A program made the position numbers and the translations under genes. From Spirochaetia bacterium (GTDB lineage: Bacteria; Spirochaetota; Spirochaetia; SP-2023), in assembly GCA_965263295.1 (NCBI GenBank), contig OZ253665.1:1568001-1632000 (forward strand): DNA of 64,000 nucleotides, given 5' to 3'. Shown here piece after piece: positions 30,764-40,802 of the stretch. Each line of letters starts with the position of its first letter. Positions within the stretch are counted from its first letter, which is position 1. The notes under the pieces were generated by a model. That model was given only the letters and a program-made list of their open reading frames with translations, searched no databases and was not told where the DNA came from.

Positions 30764-32374
30764 CTATTTGACTACATTGAGTTGACCAGTTTGCATTACC
30801 TGAACTATCGTCTGCTGCAATTGGTCCAACTGACGCTTCTCGACGACAAAAGAGACCTCGCCACCGTCGATAGACAGGGCATAGTAGCCTGTCACCGGAT
30901 AATCATAAAAGTCGGCGCGCCTTTGGCGGCCGTCACGCAACGAGTATATAATGCTGACCGCCGGCTCGTCCCCGGCAAAAAAGGAATTTGCAACCTCGCC
31001 AGACAAGAAAATGCCGAGGAATTCCTGATATAAATCTTTGCTGCTAGCCTCGTCTAGGCTCCTTCCCCGACTGCTTGGTGTTTGCGATAACTTGCTGCCA
31101 GTCAACTCTATTTTCCCGGCCTGAACCCCTTGCGCCGGGGACTTTGTAGCGGGAACTGTATGCAAAAGTTGCAGCTGGTAATTAGGAGCCCCGCGGACCT
31201 GCAAACTAATTTGCGCCACTTTATCAATGTTAATTAAGGCTACAAACTTATCAACGATTTTAAATGGTTCAATCTTGAGCACGGCAAGGACTTGCTTGCC
31301 TACCGTAAATACGCTCTGATACCCGGCTTCCATGGCATAGACATTTTCGGCATCGGCTTCTTCGCCCAGCCATAATCGCAATTCGTTGCCCGCATTGTCT
31401 TGAGCGTGAATTTCCTGACGTCGCTCAGGCTCCAGACCATAAACGGCAAGATTCTGCGGGTTGTCTTCTATGTATTGGTGAATGGCAACGGGATTAGGCA
31501 AAGTTTTGAGCTGCCGCTCCAGTTGATATAGATCTACCCCTCGGACTTCAGGATATGGTTTGGTCATAATAAAATTTTGTAGTTCATTGAGAGTGCTATT
31601 TTTATCGGACAATTCTTCGCCCTTGTACTCTACGCGTAATACATGGCTGTGACTGCGCAACTCCAGCACATCCAAGTGCTGTTGCTGGTTACCCAGTAAT
31701 ACTAGCTGAGCCAGGCTTTGCTTGCGCAAGTCATCCGCTTCAATGTTTAGACGCTCAACTTGTGAAGCAGGCAAATGAAATAACATATGAGCCAAGCCCT
31801 CTGTCTCATCGTTCTCAGCCCCGCCAGAAATAACCGTAGCGTAATAACCACCCATACCTGGCAGTTCAGAACCAATTAAAACTCGGGCCAACAAATTTCC
31901 TTCCGCGCCAGAATAATCTATAACTAATAATGGTTGATTAAAACCATACCGCTCGCGCGAAGTCTCCTGCCTCAGATCAAAACGCTTCGACAACGGCTTG
32001 CCCCGCAGCCTCAAGGCATGGCTCAGGAGATCCGGGACAGCGTTTTGCCGCACTGGTATCCCTGCGGGGAAACTCAGTTTCCAGCTACTTACATCTGCGC
32101 CGCCAGTATCGCTGCAAAGCTCCAGGCGAGCACCCGCGTCCGCCGCACTGGGTCCATGCTCAATGGCAATGACATGCACATTGGTCACTTGCCAGTCCGG
32201 CACCTGCTGCAATAGTTCATTCACAACAAAATCATTACTTAGGCTTTCGCCTGCAGCCGGCTTGCGCCGGCGTTCTTTGAACCTCTGTAAATTCTGCAAA
32301 TACAAAAGGATACTCAAAAGCAGCAGAACGCTACCCAAACTGATAATTTTACGCAGATGCCTTTTGTTCGACAT
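30764..32374 (-). CDS. DUF4340-like membrane-anchored periplasmic protein
   Basis: N-terminal TM; repeated YG(F/L)..P and L.(I/L)G...YA motifs; last gene of the Gld-like ABC cluster. ATG 32374 chosen. Confidence 0.7.
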   Translation of the reverse strand: MSNKRHLRKIISLGSVLLLLSILLYLQNLQRFKERRRKPAAGESLSNDFVVNELLQQVPDWQVTNVHVIAIEHGPSAADAGARLELCSDTGGADVSSWKLSFPAGIPVRQNAVPDLLSHALRLRGKPLSKRFDLRQETSRERYGFNQPLLVIDYSGAEGNLLARVLIGSELPGMGGYYATVISGGAENDETEGLAHMLFHLPASQVERLNIEADDLRKQSLAQLVLLGNQQQHLDVLELRSHSHVLRVEYKGEELSDKNSTLNELQNFIMTKPYPEVRGVDLYQLERQLKTLPNPVAIHQYIEDNPQNLAVYGLEPERRQEIHAQDNAGNELRLWLGEEADAENVYAMEAGYQSVFTVGKQVLAVLKIEPFKIVDKFVALINIDKVAQISLQVRGAPNYQLQLLHTVPATKSPAQGVQAGKIELTGSKLSQTPSSRGRSLDEASSKDLYQEFLGIFLSGEVANSFFAGDEPAVSIIYSLRDGRQRRADFYDYPVTGYYALSIDGGEVSFVVEKRQLDQLQQTIVQVMQTGQLNVVK

Positions 32375-32384
32375 GCCTAGCCCC

Positions 32385-34004
32385 CTATAAACGCTTGCGA
32401 TGGCGCAAGAAAAGCAAGCCGGCAAGAAAAATCGCGAGCGGTATCAACAACACAAAAATCACGGCCCACCAGACAGCTTGAGCCTGCGATAGGCGCAGCG
32501 GCAACATAAGTAGGCTTCTGCTGGGGAAGAGCAGCTGACTCGGAACGCCATCTGCCGCCCCCTGCGCTTGTCCCAGCCAGGAAATAGCGCTGTAAAAGAG
32601 TTGTAAATTGCTCGGAGTACTAAATACAGAACGATGGCCGGGCATATCAAAACTAAGCAGCACGGCAGCCCCCGCACGATGACCCCGCTCGTCTTGCCAA
32701 ACCGAAAGCCCCAGCAAGGTAAGCGGCCCCGTCAAGTCTCGCTGCAATTGCCGGCCGCTGCTGGGATCGCGCGAGGTGCGCAGCAACGAAGAAGGACTGC
32801 TCTCAACCAGGCTGTAAAAGCGGATGCGCCGGGAGTGCGGCAGGCTTTCTTTAAGCGCCATACTTTGCGACCACAAGAGATCACTGACCTTGTTCTCCTG
32901 CAAAGGTCGTACGATAGGGTGAAAATCCTCCTTTTCGCCAGGTCGGGGCAATTGGTCAATCGGTGTGACAAACGTAGTATATCCACTGGCCGCCTGAATG
33001 CGCTTGGGGTCGCGCTCCATCACTAAACCTTCAAGAATCTCAATGCCGTAGTCTGCGGCGAGTTCGTAGAATTTTTGCAAGCGCTCGGCCTGAAAATCCA
33101 ACACCAACCACAGGGCTTTGCCCTCTTCCAGATAATTGTGTAGTGCCTCGTATTCGGCATCACTGAGATCTAACTGCGGTTTATAAACTAACAGCACATC
33201 AATCTGCTGCAAGGCGGCCCGCCGCGATTGCAGCAGATTCAAGGGTTCAGCCTCTATGTTGAACTGCTCAAAGTTGGGCTGAATCGTTGCCAAACTTTGC
33301 TCTCGGTGGCCACTCAATATCCCCAAACGAGCAACCCGCACACCATTGACGTAAGTAATGGCAGAACTTATCTGCTGCTCAACCTGAATCCCGGCATTCC
33401 TGGGGCCGAAGCGCTCCATCACATGGAATAGCTCATCATAATGAATGACACGGAAGCGGGGCTTGTCGCCGCGGGTAAACACAATCAGCGAGTTGCGCTG
33501 TGGCGCTTTGTTGGCACCGCGACCCCGCTTGTCGATACCCGTGATAAAGGGCCGAATCAACTCCGGTTGCAATGCGGGGTCGACTTCTTGAACTTGAACA
33601 TAGGAGCTCTTACTCTGGTAGAGTTCCAAGTAACGGTAGACGTCCAACGGCCGAGTGGGACGCTTTCCCGGAGAAAACAAGGCGTAAATAGTCACCGGCT
33701 GCCTCAGTTCGGCCAGGATGGCCTCGCTGGCAGCGCTGAGACTGTAAATCTGGTCATCAGAGGCATCAATGTTAAACTTAGGCGGAAATCGCTGGGCCAA
33801 CAAGTTCAGCAGAGTCCAGGCCGCCAGCAGGCCCCAGAACATTAGGCCGCTATACAAAACCAAAACGCTACGCCTTGCCCGGCTCTGCTCTCGAAGCTCT
33901 GCGCCTGGCTCTCGCCCCGCGTCGGCGTGGCGCGGCCTTTTGAATAATTTAAAATTTTGCAAGAGATTACGCATAACCTTAGCCAAGGGCCTACCTACAG
34001 CCAT
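32385..34004 (-). CDS. GldG-like ABC transporter auxiliary protein
   Basis: N-terminal TM; D.S....YSLS..S...L..L..PV; VDP...P; GHRE; P..DLS..E...L..YL..G; C-terminal TM ending in a basic tail. Confidence 0.85.
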   Translation of the reverse strand: MAVGRPLAKVMRNLLQNFKLFKRPRHADAGREPGAELREQSRARRSVLVLYSGLMFWGLLAAWTLLNLLAQRFPPKFNIDASDDQIYSLSAASEAILAELRQPVTIYALFSPGKRPTRPLDVYRYLELYQSKSSYVQVQEVDPALQPELIRPFITGIDKRGRGANKAPQRNSLIVFTRGDKPRFRVIHYDELFHVMERFGPRNAGIQVEQQISSAITYVNGVRVARLGILSGHREQSLATIQPNFEQFNIEAEPLNLLQSRRAALQQIDVLLVYKPQLDLSDAEYEALHNYLEEGKALWLVLDFQAERLQKFYELAADYGIEILEGLVMERDPKRIQAASGYTTFVTPIDQLPRPGEKEDFHPIVRPLQENKVSDLLWSQSMALKESLPHSRRIRFYSLVESSPSSLLRTSRDPSSGRQLQRDLTGPLTLLGLSVWQDERGHRAGAAVLLSFDMPGHRSVFSTPSNLQLFYSAISWLGQAQGAADGVPSQLLFPSRSLLMLPLRLSQAQAVWWAVIFVLLIPLAIFLAGLLFLRHRKRL

Positions 34005-34855
34005 CGACGCTTCTCCATCTGCAGCGCGCTGAGCAAAATGAAAAACACACTGCTACTCAGGAAGTAAAGCAAATCAGCCAGGCGAATCAGCCCCTGAGTA
34101 AAAGTAGCAAAATGATTCAACGGTGATATAAAGGCCCCAATGCGTCCAGTCAAGCCGGACAAGAAGTCGGGCTCGGCAATGGCCAGGCCGGCCAATAACA
34201 AGACAGCCAGCAGAATAAATATCGACAAGTAAACAGCTTGTAGACCATTACGAAACGCAGTCCACAGGGCCAAAGCGACAATTGCGGCGAGCACAAGCAC
34301 CTGAGCGCGACTGCCTTGCGGCAGCCGCGGCAATAACATACCACTGAGCAAAAGAAGCAGGAAACAAAGTAACGTCAACACAGCGGCACTGGACTGACTA
34401 CTGCTCAACGAAGAGACCCAGACTCCGATACTGCAATACAGCGCCACGAACAACATCAAGCCCAGGTATGCACTGACAATATTGCTCCAGTTGACATAAC
34501 TATAATATTCATACACAAACGGATAGATGATGGTAAGAGCGCAGACAAGCCATACCAGACTCAGTATCGCCAGGTACTTGCCCAGTACAATTTCCCACAG
34601 CTCCGTGGCCGAAGTATAAATTAACGGCAAGGTCTGCTGTTCGTCGGCCAGGCTGCGCATAGTCAGTAACGGCAACAGCAACAACAGGAACCAAGGCAAC
34701 ACAGCGAGAGTAGTGGTCTCAAAGTGACTGTCCTGGTTAAAGAGATTGCTCAGAGCTGTCGTCAATCCGGCCAATAGCAGGAAGCTACAAGCAAAAATCA
34801 TGCCGTGTGGATTGACAATAAACGAATACAGTTCTTTGCGGTACGAGGCCATCAT
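33995..34855 (-). CDS. GldF-like ABC-2 permease
   Basis: RKELYSF, PLLTMRSLADE, IVLGKYLA, G.I.LADLLYF, EKRRW; multi-TM. Confidence 0.85.
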   Translation of the reverse strand: MMASYRKELYSFIVNPHGMIFACSFLLLAGLTTALSNLFNQDSHFETTTLAVLPWFLLLLLPLLTMRSLADEQQTLPLIYTSATELWEIVLGKYLAILSLVWLVCALTIIYPFVYEYYSYVNWSNIVSAYLGLMLFVALYCSIGVWVSSLSSSQSSAAVLTLLCFLLLLLSGMLLPRLPQGSRAQVLVLAAIVALALWTAFRNGLQAVYLSIFILLAVLLLAGLAIAEPDFLSGLTGRIGAFISPLNHFATFTQGLIRLADLLYFLSSSVFFILLSALQMEKRRWL

Positions 34856-36036
34856 ACTTGCCGTCCTCCTCCTGCGTCTCGGCCTCTGCCTTCCGTGCTA
34901 TCGCGATTGTTCCGCGCGCTTGGCAGCGCCGGCGGGCCTGGAGCCTCCCGTCCACCCGCGAGCCCTTTAAGCCCTGGGTGCGCCGGTAGCCCCTGTTCCT
35001 GAGCCGGAGTTGTCAAATCCAGGAAAATATCTTCCAGGCTACGGCGGCGCGGTTTCAAGGCTATAATCGCAAAACCCCGCTCGGTCAGAGCCTGACTGAG
35101 CCTGCGGCGAGGCTCAATAAATAAAGGATCCAACGGTTCTGCGCTCGCGCTGCCAGGCAACTGAAAATCGAGGCGCACAAGCTCGTCCTCACTGCGACAA
35201 CGGAACTCGGTGACACCTTGAGAAGCCAATAACGCAGCCAGGATATCATATTGTGAACTCGCGACCTGCCGCGCAGCCCCAGGCCCAGGCCCATGAGGCA
35301 AAAGTATTTCTAATTCCAGCTGACAAAATCCCGCATTAATTTTACGGCTCAGGGTTTCGGTTCGGTCATCGGCTATCAGTTGCCCCCGGTTTAAAATGAT
35401 GACACGCTGGCAGACAGCCTCAATTTCCGAAAGAATGTGCGAACTGAGCAGAATGGTATGTTCGTGGCTGAGCTGACGCAGCAATTTGCGAAACTCCTGA
35501 ATCTGTTGGGGGTCCAGGCCGGCAGTCGGTTCATCGAGAATCAATAGAGGCGGGTTCCCCACCAGAGCCTGAGCTAGCCCCACCCGCTGGCGATAGCCCT
35601 TGGACAGATGGGCAATCCTGCGCTGGACGACATCCCAGAGGCCACACATCGCCAAGACACGCTCCAACTCCGCCTTCCAGGCCTTACGAGGTAGTTTTTT
35701 CAGACCACAAACATGGTGCAGGTACTCGCGCACGGTCAATTCCGTATACAACGGTGGTTGCTCGGGCAAATAACCGACGCAAGCTCGCGCTTCACGGGCC
35801 TGTGCAAAAATGTCAAAGCCATTAATGCGCACATTGCCTTCGCTCAAAGACAGAAATCCGGCAAGGATATTCATAGTCGTGGACTTGCCGGCCCCATTCG
35901 GACCCAAAAAACCGAGCACTTCGCCCCTGCCAATGGAAAAACTCAGTCCGTCCAGAGCCCGGTGCGCACCATAGTACTTGCTCAAACTTTCCGCTTCAAC
36001 CATCGCGACCCTCGCCTCCGCGACAAGCTTGTTCAA
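34852..36036 (-). CDS. GldA-like ABC transporter ATP-binding protein
   Basis: GPNGAGKST, LSKGYRQRVGLAQAL, LILDEPTAGLDP, SSHIL, SLEDIFL. Confidence 0.92.
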   Translation of the reverse strand: MNKLVAEARVAMVEAESLSKYYGAHRALDGLSFSIGRGEVLGFLGPNGAGKSTTMNILAGFLSLSEGNVRINGFDIFAQAREARACVGYLPEQPPLYTELTVREYLHHVCGLKKLPRKAWKAELERVLAMCGLWDVVQRRIAHLSKGYRQRVGLAQALVGNPPLLILDEPTAGLDPQQIQEFRKLLRQLSHEHTILLSSHILSEIEAVCQRVIILNRGQLIADDRTETLSRKINAGFCQLELEILLPHGPGPGAARQVASSQYDILAALLASQGVTEFRCRSEDELVRLDFQLPGSASAEPLDPLFIEPRRRLSQALTERGFAIIALKPRRRSLEDIFLDLTTPAQEQGLPAHPGLKGLAGGREAPGPPALPSARNNRDSTEGRGRDAGGGRQV

Positions 36037-36261
36037 AATGACTCATGTGAAGATACCGTAAATATAAATAGGACCTCTCTACAGTTAGCAGCTGCAGGAG
36101 TGCCTGAGCCCAATCCATTTTTCGCGCATTTCCCCACATTGCTCCCGCACCTCCCCCAAACGGCAAGGCGACCAAAAACAACGAAGGCAACAAGGCAAAT
36201 TCCACCATCTGACTCCGTCCGATGGCCGGCTTGCCTGCGGCCGAAAAGCTACAGCGCAGAT

Positions 36262-38988
36262 TCACAATTGAGCCAGGAAAGCCCGGTTGCGCGCCAAAGA
36301 AGCTTGAAAATCAGTCCGTTTCTGCCTTTCTTCAGCGACAAGCTCCAGTGGTGCTCGCTCCAAAAAATTGGCATTGCCCAACTTGCCCTCAATAGCTACA
36401 AGCAATTTTTCTTCCTTGACAATTAACTTTTCCAGGCGCTGGCGTTCTTTTCCCACATCAATTAACGAGCGGACATACAGCAAAACCTCGCCTTCTTGCA
36501 AGGCGTTGCCAATGGCTCGCTCGCGCTGCAAATCGGCTCCCGCTTCCGACAAATTTGCCATACACAAAGTCTCAATCCAGGCTTTCTGGCTCTGCAAAAA
36601 GCCGGCAAATTCCAAGTTGCCAGCATAAACAATATCAATGCGCTGGGCGGGTTGCAAGCAGAACTCACTGCGCAAGGTGCGCACGCTCGTTACCAGCTCC
36701 TGGAGCTGGGCGAAATACCGCAGTTCCCGCGCCGTGGCTCGCCATTTGCGCGAAGCGACGGAACTCTCAGAGTTGTTCGCCCGCATTTCGCAACTCTGCG
36801 GATACGGTGCCACAATTAGACACGGACTGCGGTAACTGCGCGGCAGGCAGGCATAAAGTTTTTCTGTGATGAAAGAGACAAACGGATGCAACAAGCGCAG
36901 GCTGGCTTCAATAATTTCCATCAACTTTGCGGCCGCCGCCAGCTTGCCGGCATTGCCACTGCCCGCTTCACCGTCACTCAGCTCCAGCTTGGCGGCTTCC
37001 AGATACCAGTCGCAAAAGTCATTCCAGAAAAACTCATAGCAAGCCCGGCTCATCTCGTCGAAACGGTAGGCGGCCCGCGCCTGTTCAACCGCAGACACGG
37101 CGGCGGCAAAGCGCTGCCAGATCCACAGGTCCGCAACTTTGTACTGCAAATTGGCAAGCTCTTGCAGAGGCGGCAAGGTCTCGATATCCACATTTAATAA
37201 CAGGAAGCGAAACGCGTTCCAAATTTTATTGCAGAAGCGTGAACCCAGCTTAAAGCTTTCCATATCCAGCCGCAGGTCCTGGCCCAGGGTCGAAAGATAG
37301 GCAATGGTAAACTTCATGGCATCGGCGCCGTACTGGGCAATCACATCCAGAGGATCAATGCCGTTGCCAAGCGACTTGGACATCTTGCGGCCTTGCTTGT
37401 CGCGCACAAGCGGCGTGATGTAAATGTCGCGAAAGGGCACCCGACCTGTGAAATGCAGCCCAGCCATGACCATGCGCGCCACCCAGAAAAAAATAATATC
37501 GTAGCCGGTTACCAGTGTGCTGGTAGGGTAAAAACGCGCGAGATCCGCTGTTTGCCGCGGCCAGCCCATGGTGGCAAACGGCCACAACCAGGAGCTAAAC
37601 CAGGTGTCCAGTACGTCCGGATCCTGCCGAATATTGGTGCTGCCACATCGTCCGCACCGACTCAAGTCTTGGCGGCTGACGTTGAGCTCACCGCAATCGG
37701 CGCAGTACCAGGCCGGTATACGGTGCCCCCACCAGAGCTGGCGCGAAATGCACCAGTCGCGAATATTGCTCATCCAGTGGCGGTAAGTATTGCTCCAGCG
37801 CTCGGGATAGAAACGAATATCGCCGCGCTCGAGCGCGGCCAAAGCCGGCTCGGCCAAAGGCTGCATTTTGACAAACCACTGCTCCGACAGATAAGGCTCT
37901 ATCACGCCGCCACAACGGTAACAATGCCCGACTTGGTGGCGATGATGTTTTGACCTCAGCAACAAACCCTCTCGCTGCAAAGCCGCTAAGACGGCTTTGC
38001 GTGCCTCGCGGCAGCTCAGGCCGCGAAATTCCTGCGGCACATTTTCATTCAGGGTGGCATCAGAATTCAGGATGTTGCGCAGCTCCAGCTCGTGGCGCTG
38101 AGCTACCTGATAGTCATTCGGATCGTGAGCCGGAGTAATTTTCACGGCACCCGAACCAAACTCCATATCGCAAAAAGTATCGGTAATGATGGGAATTTTG
38201 CGGCCACTGAGCGGCAAATAAACTTCTTGGCCAAGCAAATGGGCATAACGTGGGTCATCGGGATGGACAGCCACAGCCTCGTCGCCAAACATGGTCTCTG
38301 GGCGTGTGGTGGCCACCGCGATACCTTTGAGACTTTCCGTGCCCAGCTGCAAAGTAATCCTTTCATCCACAAAAGGATAGAGCAGATCATACAAGCCGCC
38401 GTTTTCTTCTCTGTACTCGACTTCGTCATCGGCGAGAGCCGTGGCACAGGAGGGACACCAATTCACCAGGTACTTGCCGCGATAAATCAGGCCCTCTTCG
38501 TAAAGCCGTACAAAGACCTCGCGCACCGCGCTCGAAAGCCCCTCGTCCATCGTGAAGCGCTCGCGACTCCAGTCGACGGAAGCTCCCAAGCGCTGGAATT
38601 GCTCGCTGATGATTGCGTGGTGCTCCCGCTTCACCTTCCAGGTCTCAGCCAAAAAGGCTGCGCGGCCCAGGTCGTGACGGGTGCGGCCTCGTTCTCGCAG
38701 TCGCCGCTCCACCACGTGCTGAGTGGCAATTCCCGCATGATCAGTCCCCGGCAGCCACAAGGTTCCCTTGCCGCGCATACGTTCATAACGGGCCAAGATA
38801 TCCTGTAATATGCCGTTGAGGCCGTGCCCCAAATGCAGCATGCCAGTTACATTTGGCGGCGGGATGACAATACTGAAACATTCCGCAGCTTCGGCCTTTG
38901 GCGCAAAGGCTGCATCCCTGAGCCAAGCTCGGTAGATGTCCTGCTCAAAATCAGCGGGGTTATAATTTTTGGCCAGTTCGCTGTCCAT
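36262..38988 (-). CDS. valS: Valyl-tRNA synthetase
   Basis: PPPNVTGMLHLGH, GTDHAGIATQ, DWCISRQLWWGH, KMSKS; ATG 38988 with GAGG upstream. Confidence 0.98.
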   Translation of the reverse strand: MDSELAKNYNPADFEQDIYRAWLRDAAFAPKAEAAECFSIVIPPPNVTGMLHLGHGLNGILQDILARYERMRGKGTLWLPGTDHAGIATQHVVERRLRERGRTRHDLGRAAFLAETWKVKREHHAIISEQFQRLGASVDWSRERFTMDEGLSSAVREVFVRLYEEGLIYRGKYLVNWCPSCATALADDEVEYREENGGLYDLLYPFVDERITLQLGTESLKGIAVATTRPETMFGDEAVAVHPDDPRYAHLLGQEVYLPLSGRKIPIITDTFCDMEFGSGAVKITPAHDPNDYQVAQRHELELRNILNSDATLNENVPQEFRGLSCREARKAVLAALQREGLLLRSKHHRHQVGHCYRCGGVIEPYLSEQWFVKMQPLAEPALAALERGDIRFYPERWSNTYRHWMSNIRDWCISRQLWWGHRIPAWYCADCGELNVSRQDLSRCGRCGSTNIRQDPDVLDTWFSSWLWPFATMGWPRQTADLARFYPTSTLVTGYDIIFFWVARMVMAGLHFTGRVPFRDIYITPLVRDKQGRKMSKSLGNGIDPLDVIAQYGADAMKFTIAYLSTLGQDLRLDMESFKLGSRFCNKIWNAFRFLLLNVDIETLPPLQELANLQYKVADLWIWQRFAAAVSAVEQARAAYRFDEMSRACYEFFWNDFCDWYLEAAKLELSDGEAGSGNAGKLAAAAKLMEIIEASLRLLHPFVSFITEKLYACLPRSYRSPCLIVAPYPQSCEMRANNSESSVASRKWRATARELRYFAQLQELVTSVRTLRSEFCLQPAQRIDIVYAGNLEFAGFLQSQKAWIETLCMANLSEAGADLQRERAIGNALQEGEVLLYVRSLIDVGKERQRLEKLIVKEEKLLVAIEGKLGNANFLERAPLELVAEERQKRTDFQASLARNRAFLAQL

Positions 38989-39126
38989 ATGCAGTAACCT
39001 CAAAAAATAAAAGTAAAAACAGTTTCAGCGGTGAAAAGAGAAGCCAAACTATAGTGAAAATACTTGCAATTGACCATATCGCTCAATGCCCGATCCAGAG
39101 CAAAGATCACAGCGCTTTGATAGTTG

Positions 39127-40023
39127 TCATTTGGGGTTCTGGCCCGCCGGCAAGCACAACTCAATCAGAAATATCGCCAGCAGCAGCAAAATAAAACCCC
39201 AGAGCGTATTGAAAGTCATTAATTCACCGTAAAACAACACTGAGAACAAGGCACCAAATACAGCTTCCAGAGACAGGATAACCGCCGCCTTGCTCGGCGA
39301 AACTTCGCGCTGGGCGAAATTCTGCAAAAAGAAACACAACAAAGTAGAGAAGAGCCCCAGATAGACGACGACAGTAGCCGCGGCCCAATGCCTCAGCAAC
39401 TGCGGCAAGACAAGATTTTCCATCGACAACGCCATGGACAGAGCAATGGGCCAGGACAGGATGGCGGCCGCGGCAAACTGTAGCAAAACAAAGCTGTCCA
39501 GTTCCAGCTGGCGCGTCTTTAGGAAATGCCCGGCAAAGTAGATGTGCAGAGCAAAAAACAAGGCACAGATCAGGGTTAGAACATCGCCAGTATTGCGCAG
39601 TAGCCAGGACTCACCGTCATAGTTCAGCATGCCGATGCCCAACAAAGCGAGCAGAGCCCCCAATAAGGTCTGTAGCTTAACGGCCTTACGACTGAATATC
39701 ATATAAATAAACGGGGTTATGATAACATTCGTCGCCGTCAGGAAGGCATTTTTGGCCGGAGTGGTGTAGTTCAGTGCAATAGTTTGCAAAATAAAACCCA
39801 GGGCCAAAAAACTGCCGACCAGCAAACCGGGCAGCAGGCCAGTACGGAGTTCCTTCAAACTGCACGGGCGCAAAATGGCGAAGAGCAACGCCGCGAGACT
39901 GAAGCGCAAAGCCGTAATAAAAATGGGGGGCCAATAGTCTACGGCTATGTCAGTGGCAATAAAGCCAAAGCCCCAAACGATGGCCACCAGCAATAAGATC
40001 AGATCATAAGTTACTTTGCTCAT
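39127..40023 (-). CDS. DMT/EamA family transporter
   Basis: About 10 TM segments; IVWGFGF, ALRF, GDVLTL, AAVILSLEAVFG. Confidence 0.9.
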   Translation of the reverse strand: MSKVTYDLILLLVAIVWGFGFIATDIAVDYWPPIFITALRFSLAALLFAILRPCSLKELRTGLLPGLLVGSFLALGFILQTIALNYTTPAKNAFLTATNVIITPFIYMIFSRKAVKLQTLLGALLALLGIGMLNYDGESWLLRNTGDVLTLICALFFALHIYFAGHFLKTRQLELDSFVLLQFAAAAILSWPIALSMALSMENLVLPQLLRHWAAATVVVYLGLFSTLLCFFLQNFAQREVSPSKAAVILSLEAVFGALFSVLFYGELMTFNTLWGFILLLLAIFLIELCLPAGQNPK

Positions 40024-40031
40024 AGCGCGGC

Positions 40032-40060
40032 AATATAATTGGAGAGACTCAAGGTGGCAA
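40032..40060 (-). promoter_or_regulatory. Putative sigma70 promoter of the DMT gene
   Basis: TTGCCA (40060-40055), 17 nt, TATATT (40037-40032). Confidence 0.5.
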
Positions 40061-40201
40061 TCTTCGCCGTGCGGCCTGGGTATAAATATTAGCTAATTAA
40101 CAGCAGTCCCAGGAACAAGACCAGGGACAAGATTTAATTCTACCAAAAGATACTATAATAATCAAAAAAATTAAGATTACTTACTTTTCTTGGCAGAAGC
40201 A

Positions 40202-40229
40202 TTGACAAAAAAAATGACTTGCGTAAACT
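40202..40229 (+). promoter_or_regulatory. Sigma70 promoter of the thiamine operon
   Basis: TTGACA (40202-40207), 16 nt, TAAACT (40224-40229), about 7 nt before the TPP aptamer. Confidence 0.75.
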
Positions 40230-40236
40230 GCAGCCA

Positions 40237-40310
40237 ATCCTTGGGGTGGTTTACGACCTGAGAGCAAACCCATTGAACCTGATCTGGATCGTACTGGCGT
40301 AGGGAAGGAT
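40237..40310 (+). ncRNA. TPP riboswitch (THI box)
   Basis: ATCCTT-GGGGTG...CTGAGA...ACCC.TTGAACCTGATCTGG...GCGTAGGG-AAGGAT; P1 is ATCCTT/AAGGAT; upstream of thiamine transport genes. Confidence 0.95.
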
Positions 40311-40442
40311 AAAAAGCCGCTGAACAAGTTCTGTGCCAACAGAAAAAGATTTGAAGTGCGGTTAAATATCATCTATCAGCCTGTTTTTGCTTCGTTCGGT
40401 TTCGCGAAAACTCCAAGGTAATTTATTCCTCGGAGTTTTTTT

Positions 40443-40787
40443 ATGTACCGGGACGACAGAACCCAGAATGCCGAATGCAATATCAGCTTTAGTATTAATC
40501 CTCAATTGGCCCATTATCAACGTCTTGAGTCTTGGCGCATCATTGACTGTGTCCTCGAATACATTCAGAGTACAGGCATAAAATACTTCACCGGCCCTTC
40601 TGAAACGACCTTAGAAGGCGATCTGGATGAATTGCTGGCCGTCATCGCTCACTGCCAACGCCTGTGCGTCGCCGAAGGTGCCCTCAACACTATTTCCAAT
40701 CTGAAAATTTTCTACAGCCCCGACAGTCGCCTAAACTTTGCCGAGCGCTTGGCGCGCACCGAAGATCACCGCCACCACTCTTTGTAA
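40443..40787 (+). CDS. Thiamine-binding protein (YkoF/MTH1187-like)
   Basis: IDCVLEYIQSTGIKYFTGPSETTLEGDLDEL signature; directly after the TPP riboswitch. Confidence 0.85.
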   Translation: MYRDDRTQNAECNISFSINPQLAHYQRLESWRIIDCVLEYIQSTGIKYFTGPSETTLEGDLDELLAVIAHCQRLCVAEGALNTISNLKIFYSPDSRLNFAERLARTEDHRHHSL

Positions 40788-40802
40788 GAGTCAGAAAATA
40801 AA

